A stretch of 64,000 bases of DNA from Candidatus Saccharimonadia bacterium (lineage in GTDB: Bacteria > Patescibacteriota > Saccharimonadia > UBA4664): positions 69,183 through 133,182 of the forward strand of contig JBGTMQ010000008.1 of NCBI GenBank assembly GCA_041743505.1. The letters run 5' to 3'. The notes beneath the pieces were generated by a model. It had not been told where the DNA came from, did not search any database, and saw only the letters and a program-made list of their open reading frames with translations. The first letter of the stretch is position 1, and each line of letters starts with the position of its first letter. Shown here in pieces: positions 60,858-64,000 of the stretch. The position numbers and the translations under genes are program-made.

Positions 60858-62009
60858 CTAAACCGCTATCTGTTGGAATTCTTGAGTCGCCATACCGGCC
60901 AGTAATTCCACAAACCCCTGCCGCACCGGTATCGCCTCATAAGGCAATCCCGGACCCCGGCAATTAAAGTCAACTACCAACCATTGCTCCTCATCTCGCC
61001 CGGACGGCTTCACGCGTATCCAATCCACGGCTCCATACAAGTAGGGAACATTTGAAGCCCCGGCCAATTCCAAGGCAGCCTTAACGGACTTCTCATAGAT
61101 ATAAGATCCAGGCGGAAAACTGTCTGGGTGAATTGGCACAATCTCGTGAAATGGCAGCCGGTTGGTACCCGGAGCACTCGTTTTGACGAGCGGGTATGCC
61201 TTGGCGCTACGCTGGCCCCGCGAGTCGGTTGTGACCATCACATGCATCCGGACTTCGCGCGCCCGGTCGGCTCTGGCATTAGCGGCCAACAACTGACCAC
61301 TATGGTACCTAGTAAGTGGCATCAAATCTTGTAGGGGCTGAGTCGTATCAAAAAAAGGCTGGATAAGACCATTCGCACCCAGGCTACCTGCCTCCAACGC
61401 AACCCATACATCAGCCGGCAAATCGAATGTTCTAATCCCCTTACTCCTGGAACCACCCAGAGGTTTATAAATAACTGGATGGTCGCCGTACCTATCCGCC
61501 AGCTTATCTATGTCCCAGACATTCCACGTATCAATCGCCACGCCGCAATGCTCTAAAATAGTATGCATTTTGTCCTTACGGTTGCCAAAGTACTGGACGC
61601 TCTTATGATTAAGCAGCCGCCTTGCAGGTAATCCAATCCCATGGGCAACCCGCTCAATAGTGCCATCGGGGTGGGTAATTTCCTGCTGAAAGTTAGACAC
61701 CCAATGATCAATGATGACAGGGTAATCTACAATGGAGCCAGGCCCAAAAGTCGCCTCAACCAATACGCCCTCGAGATTATATACGGGATCTCTGGCAATC
61801 CTGACCTGCGGCAATTCATCACGCCCAGTCGGCTTATGAACCACACAGGCAATGTGAAACTCCAGACTAGCCGCCCGCAGGTCACGCTGAAGCAGATCCG
61901 GCCTGAAAAACATATCCTCTTGCCAAGGATGAAGCGCATGGTTCCCGTATAGCATGAGAATCGCATGAGTCATGGTCCACGTACTATATATCAGGAAGGG
62001 CCGCCGCAT
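60858..62009 (-). CDS. ATP-grasp fold protein (RimK/YheC-like)
   Basis: NRK, VIYKPLGGSRSKGI, LIQPF, REVR, GAVD, VVDFN.RGPG; start may be ATG 61973. Confidence 0.72.
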   Translation of the reverse strand: MRRPFLIYSTWTMTHAILMLYGNHALHPWQEDMFFRPDLLQRDLRAASLEFHIACVVHKPTGRDELPQVRIARDPVYNLEGVLVEATFGPGSIVDYPVIIDHWVSNFQQEITHPDGTIERVAHGIGLPARRLLNHKSVQYFGNRKDKMHTILEHCGVAIDTWNVWDIDKLADRYGDHPVIYKPLGGSRSKGIRTFDLPADVWVALEAGSLGANGLIQPFFDTTQPLQDLMPLTRYHSGQLLAANARADRAREVRMHVMVTTDSRGQRSAKAYPLVKTSAPGTNRLPFHEIVPIHPDSFPPGSYIYEKSVKAALELAGASNVPYLYGAVDWIRVKPSGRDEEQWLVVDFNCRGPGLPYEAIPVRQGFVELLAGMATQEFQQIAV

Positions 62010-62232
62010 ATAGGTATTTTTGCCAAAAAAGCCGCCTGTGGAAAAATAAGCTATTGATTCTTCAAACCGCTCATGCTAAAAACAAACTAGATAGTTTGGA
62101 GTGGAGATTAGTTTACATTCAAATAGAGCACGTCTCTTTTTGCATGGGTACTGCAGGTGCCAACACTAAGCTTCGCAAACTATCTGACAGACGGGTGCAA
62201 AATACGCCCGTCTGTTTTTTTAGGACTAAAGC

Positions 62233-62625
62233 TTACACCGTCCTGCGACTCGAAACCGTCATTTGCCTTATCTTGCGCAGCACCTCACTCGGGGTAACAC
62301 GACCCTTAACAAGATAATCAGAAGCCCCTAGCTTCAAAGCTTTTTGCAGCTCATTGGATTCGCTCAAAACCGAAAAAATCAGTATTGGCGGGTGGCTTGT
62401 TTTATAACCGTTCTGGAGCTCCACAATACTGCTTGCACCGGCTCCAGGTTGATGTGTCAAGTCTAAAATTACCAAATTAATTTTGTAGCGCCGTATCATA
62501 GAGATAGCCTGAAGAGCAGTCGGTGTAGCCATCACCCGATAACCAGCCTCCTCCAGCAGAATCCCATATTTATCCAGAAATGATTGGTCGGCGTCGACGA
62601 AAAGCACAGTTAAGCGGGTCGCCAT
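62233..62625 (-). CDS. Single-domain response regulator receiver
   Basis: VLFVD, LVILD, FS, GASDYLVK. Confidence 0.9.
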   Translation of the reverse strand: MATRLTVLFVDADQSFLDKYGILLEEAGYRVMATPTALQAISMIRRYKINLVILDLTHQPGAGASSIVELQNGYKTSHPPILIFSVLSESNELQKALKLGASDYLVKGRVTPSEVLRKIRQMTVSSRRTV

Positions 62626-62755
62626 TGTGCTTGTTTCCCCGTTCTAGTCTGCTGGTTCTGCTGATTATGCCCCATGACCCGCGCTCCTGGTAACGCGTTA
62701 GTTACTGGGAAGTAACAGTACTACCTAGAGATTACCACAGTAAGGTTAGGTAGCG

Positions 62756-64000
62756 CTACGGCGTTAGCCTGTTAATATCCCGCGGGAACAGCGTGGCCTC
62801 TTTAATGTTATGCAAGCCCACAACCTTCTGCGCCAGACGGTCGATACCAAATCCGCAACCTCCATGAGGTGGCAACCCGTACTTAAAAGCCTGCAAATAA
62901 TACTTGTACCCCGGATGCTCCGGGTCCATGCCCTTAGCCTTCATTTGCTCTACTAACTTGTCATAGTGGTGCTCCCGTTGCGGACAGGTCGCAATCTCAA
63001 CACCCCGAAACAACAAATCTGCCCACATAACCGTTTGCGGATTATCCGGGTTAACCATGTGATAGAACTTCATGCTCTCAATAGGGAACTCGGTCACAAA
63101 CACCGCCTCACTGCCATCATGATCTTTCGCATACTCGCATAACCAGCGCTCTTCGTCCGGCCGCATATCTTTTTCACCAATGGTTGAGGTACCGGTAGCC
63201 TTCGTATACATCTCATGGACCTGGGCTACCGTATAACGCGGAAACTGCGGCTTGAGCACCAATTCGGGCGCGTTCAAGGCCTTCAGCTCCTCCCTGTGAT
63301 CCTCGTATGCCCTCGTAACAGCCGAGTACACCATACACTGGACGGTATCCAAAACGTCGTCAAGACTTTCAATAAAGCCCATCTCAATATCAAGCATGGT
63401 TACTTCGCTCATATGACGGGTGGTAGCGCTGGGCTCAGCCCTAAAGGCCGGACCAATCTCATACACCCGCTCAAACGCACCCACCATCATTTGCTTGTAC
63501 AGTTGTGGGCTTTGAGCCAGCGTCGCCTCTTGACCAAAATAATCCAACTTGAAAACTTCCGCACCGCCCTCAGTTGCGCCGGCCAGCAACTTTGGTGTCT
63601 GAATTTCCACAAAATCATGCTCGGTCAAAAACTCCCGGATGTAACGGTTAAGCCCCGCCCGGATCCGAAAAATCGACCGCTCCTGCAAGTTGCGCACATT
63701 AGTCGCCCGGTTCTCAAACAGCGTGTCCAAATTCTCGCTCTTGTGGTCAATCGGCTTATCAATCTCAATCGGTGGCACATCGTGCACCGGCGTAATAATG
63801 ACTATTTTTGGCTCATGCATTTCCACGCCACCGACAGCCCGCGGCTCAGACACAACACTACCGTGAATCTCCAATACAGTCCCTGGATACAACCCCTCAA
63901 GCTTGGCCTGCTCAGATTCATCCTTAACCACAGCCTGCACCACGCCATGACGGTCGCGCAGCACTACGAACACCATACCTCCAAGGTCACGCCGCTTGTG
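62756..64000 (-). CDS. aspS: Aspartyl-tRNA synthetase, short archaeal-like (probably non-discriminating) type; 5' end outside window
   Basis: LRDR.G..Q, LAQSPQLYKQ, FRAE...RH, PPHGGCGFGIDR, FPRD..RLTP. Confidence 0.93.
   Translation of the reverse strand, partial: HKRRDLGGMVFVVLRDRHGVVQAVVKDESEQAKLEGLYPGTVLEIHGSVVSEPRAVGGVEMHEPKIVIITPVHDVPPIEIDKPIDHKSENLDTLFENRATNVRNLQERSIFRIRAGLNRYIREFLTEHDFVEIQTPKLLAGATEGGAEVFKLDYFGQEATLAQSPQLYKQMMVGAFERVYEIGPAFRAEPSATTRHMSEVTMLDIEMGFIESLDDVLDTVQCMVYSAVTRAYEDHREELKALNAPELVLKPQFPRYTVAQVHEMYTKATGTSTIGEKDMRPDEERWLCEYAKDHDGSEAVFVTEFPIESMKFYHMVNPDNPQTVMWADLLFRGVEIATCPQREHHYDKLVEQMKAKGMDPEHPGYKYYLQAFKYGLPPHGGCGFGIDRLAQKVVGLHNIKEATLFPRDINRLTP

Overview
Bacterial chromosomal window, most likely Patescibacteria/CPR (Saccharibacteria-like). 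This is inferred from EF-G/EF-Tu sequence style, the absence of rpmD (uL30), an archaeal-type AspRS and fragmented str/S10 operons. The core is fusA, tuf, rpsJ, the rplC-to-rpsI ribosomal superoperon (23.2-37.0 kb), four tRNAs (Thr-TGT, Tyr-GTA, Thr-GGT, Trp-CCA) and rpmG, interleaved with accessory genes. Two items stand out. (1) A ~700-nt ORF-poor region between fusA and tuf (about 11580-12283) has its own sigma70-like promoter, a dozen consecutive long helices with mostly plus-strand G.U wobbles, and a 3' terminator-like hairpin; it is a candidate large structured ncRNA that I cannot match to a known class. (2) A polymorphic-toxin-like locus (46.1-55.7 kb) holds a 2354-aa PA14x3/RHS protein, an unannotated orphan copy of its C-terminal tip, and an array of small 2-TM proteins sharing CxCG...HxxxCxxR(R/K); one of these is frameshifted in an A9 tract. 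Also present: a stand-alone RNAP alpha-CTD protein, a VTC2/GDPGP1-like HIT-family enzyme inside the tRNA cluster, a K+-channel homolog lacking TVGYG, a divergent RpoD-like sigma factor, a GH6 glycoside hydrolase, a radical SAM/SPASM enzyme, and convergent pckG and GDH-like genes. All calls are by eye; no searches were run.
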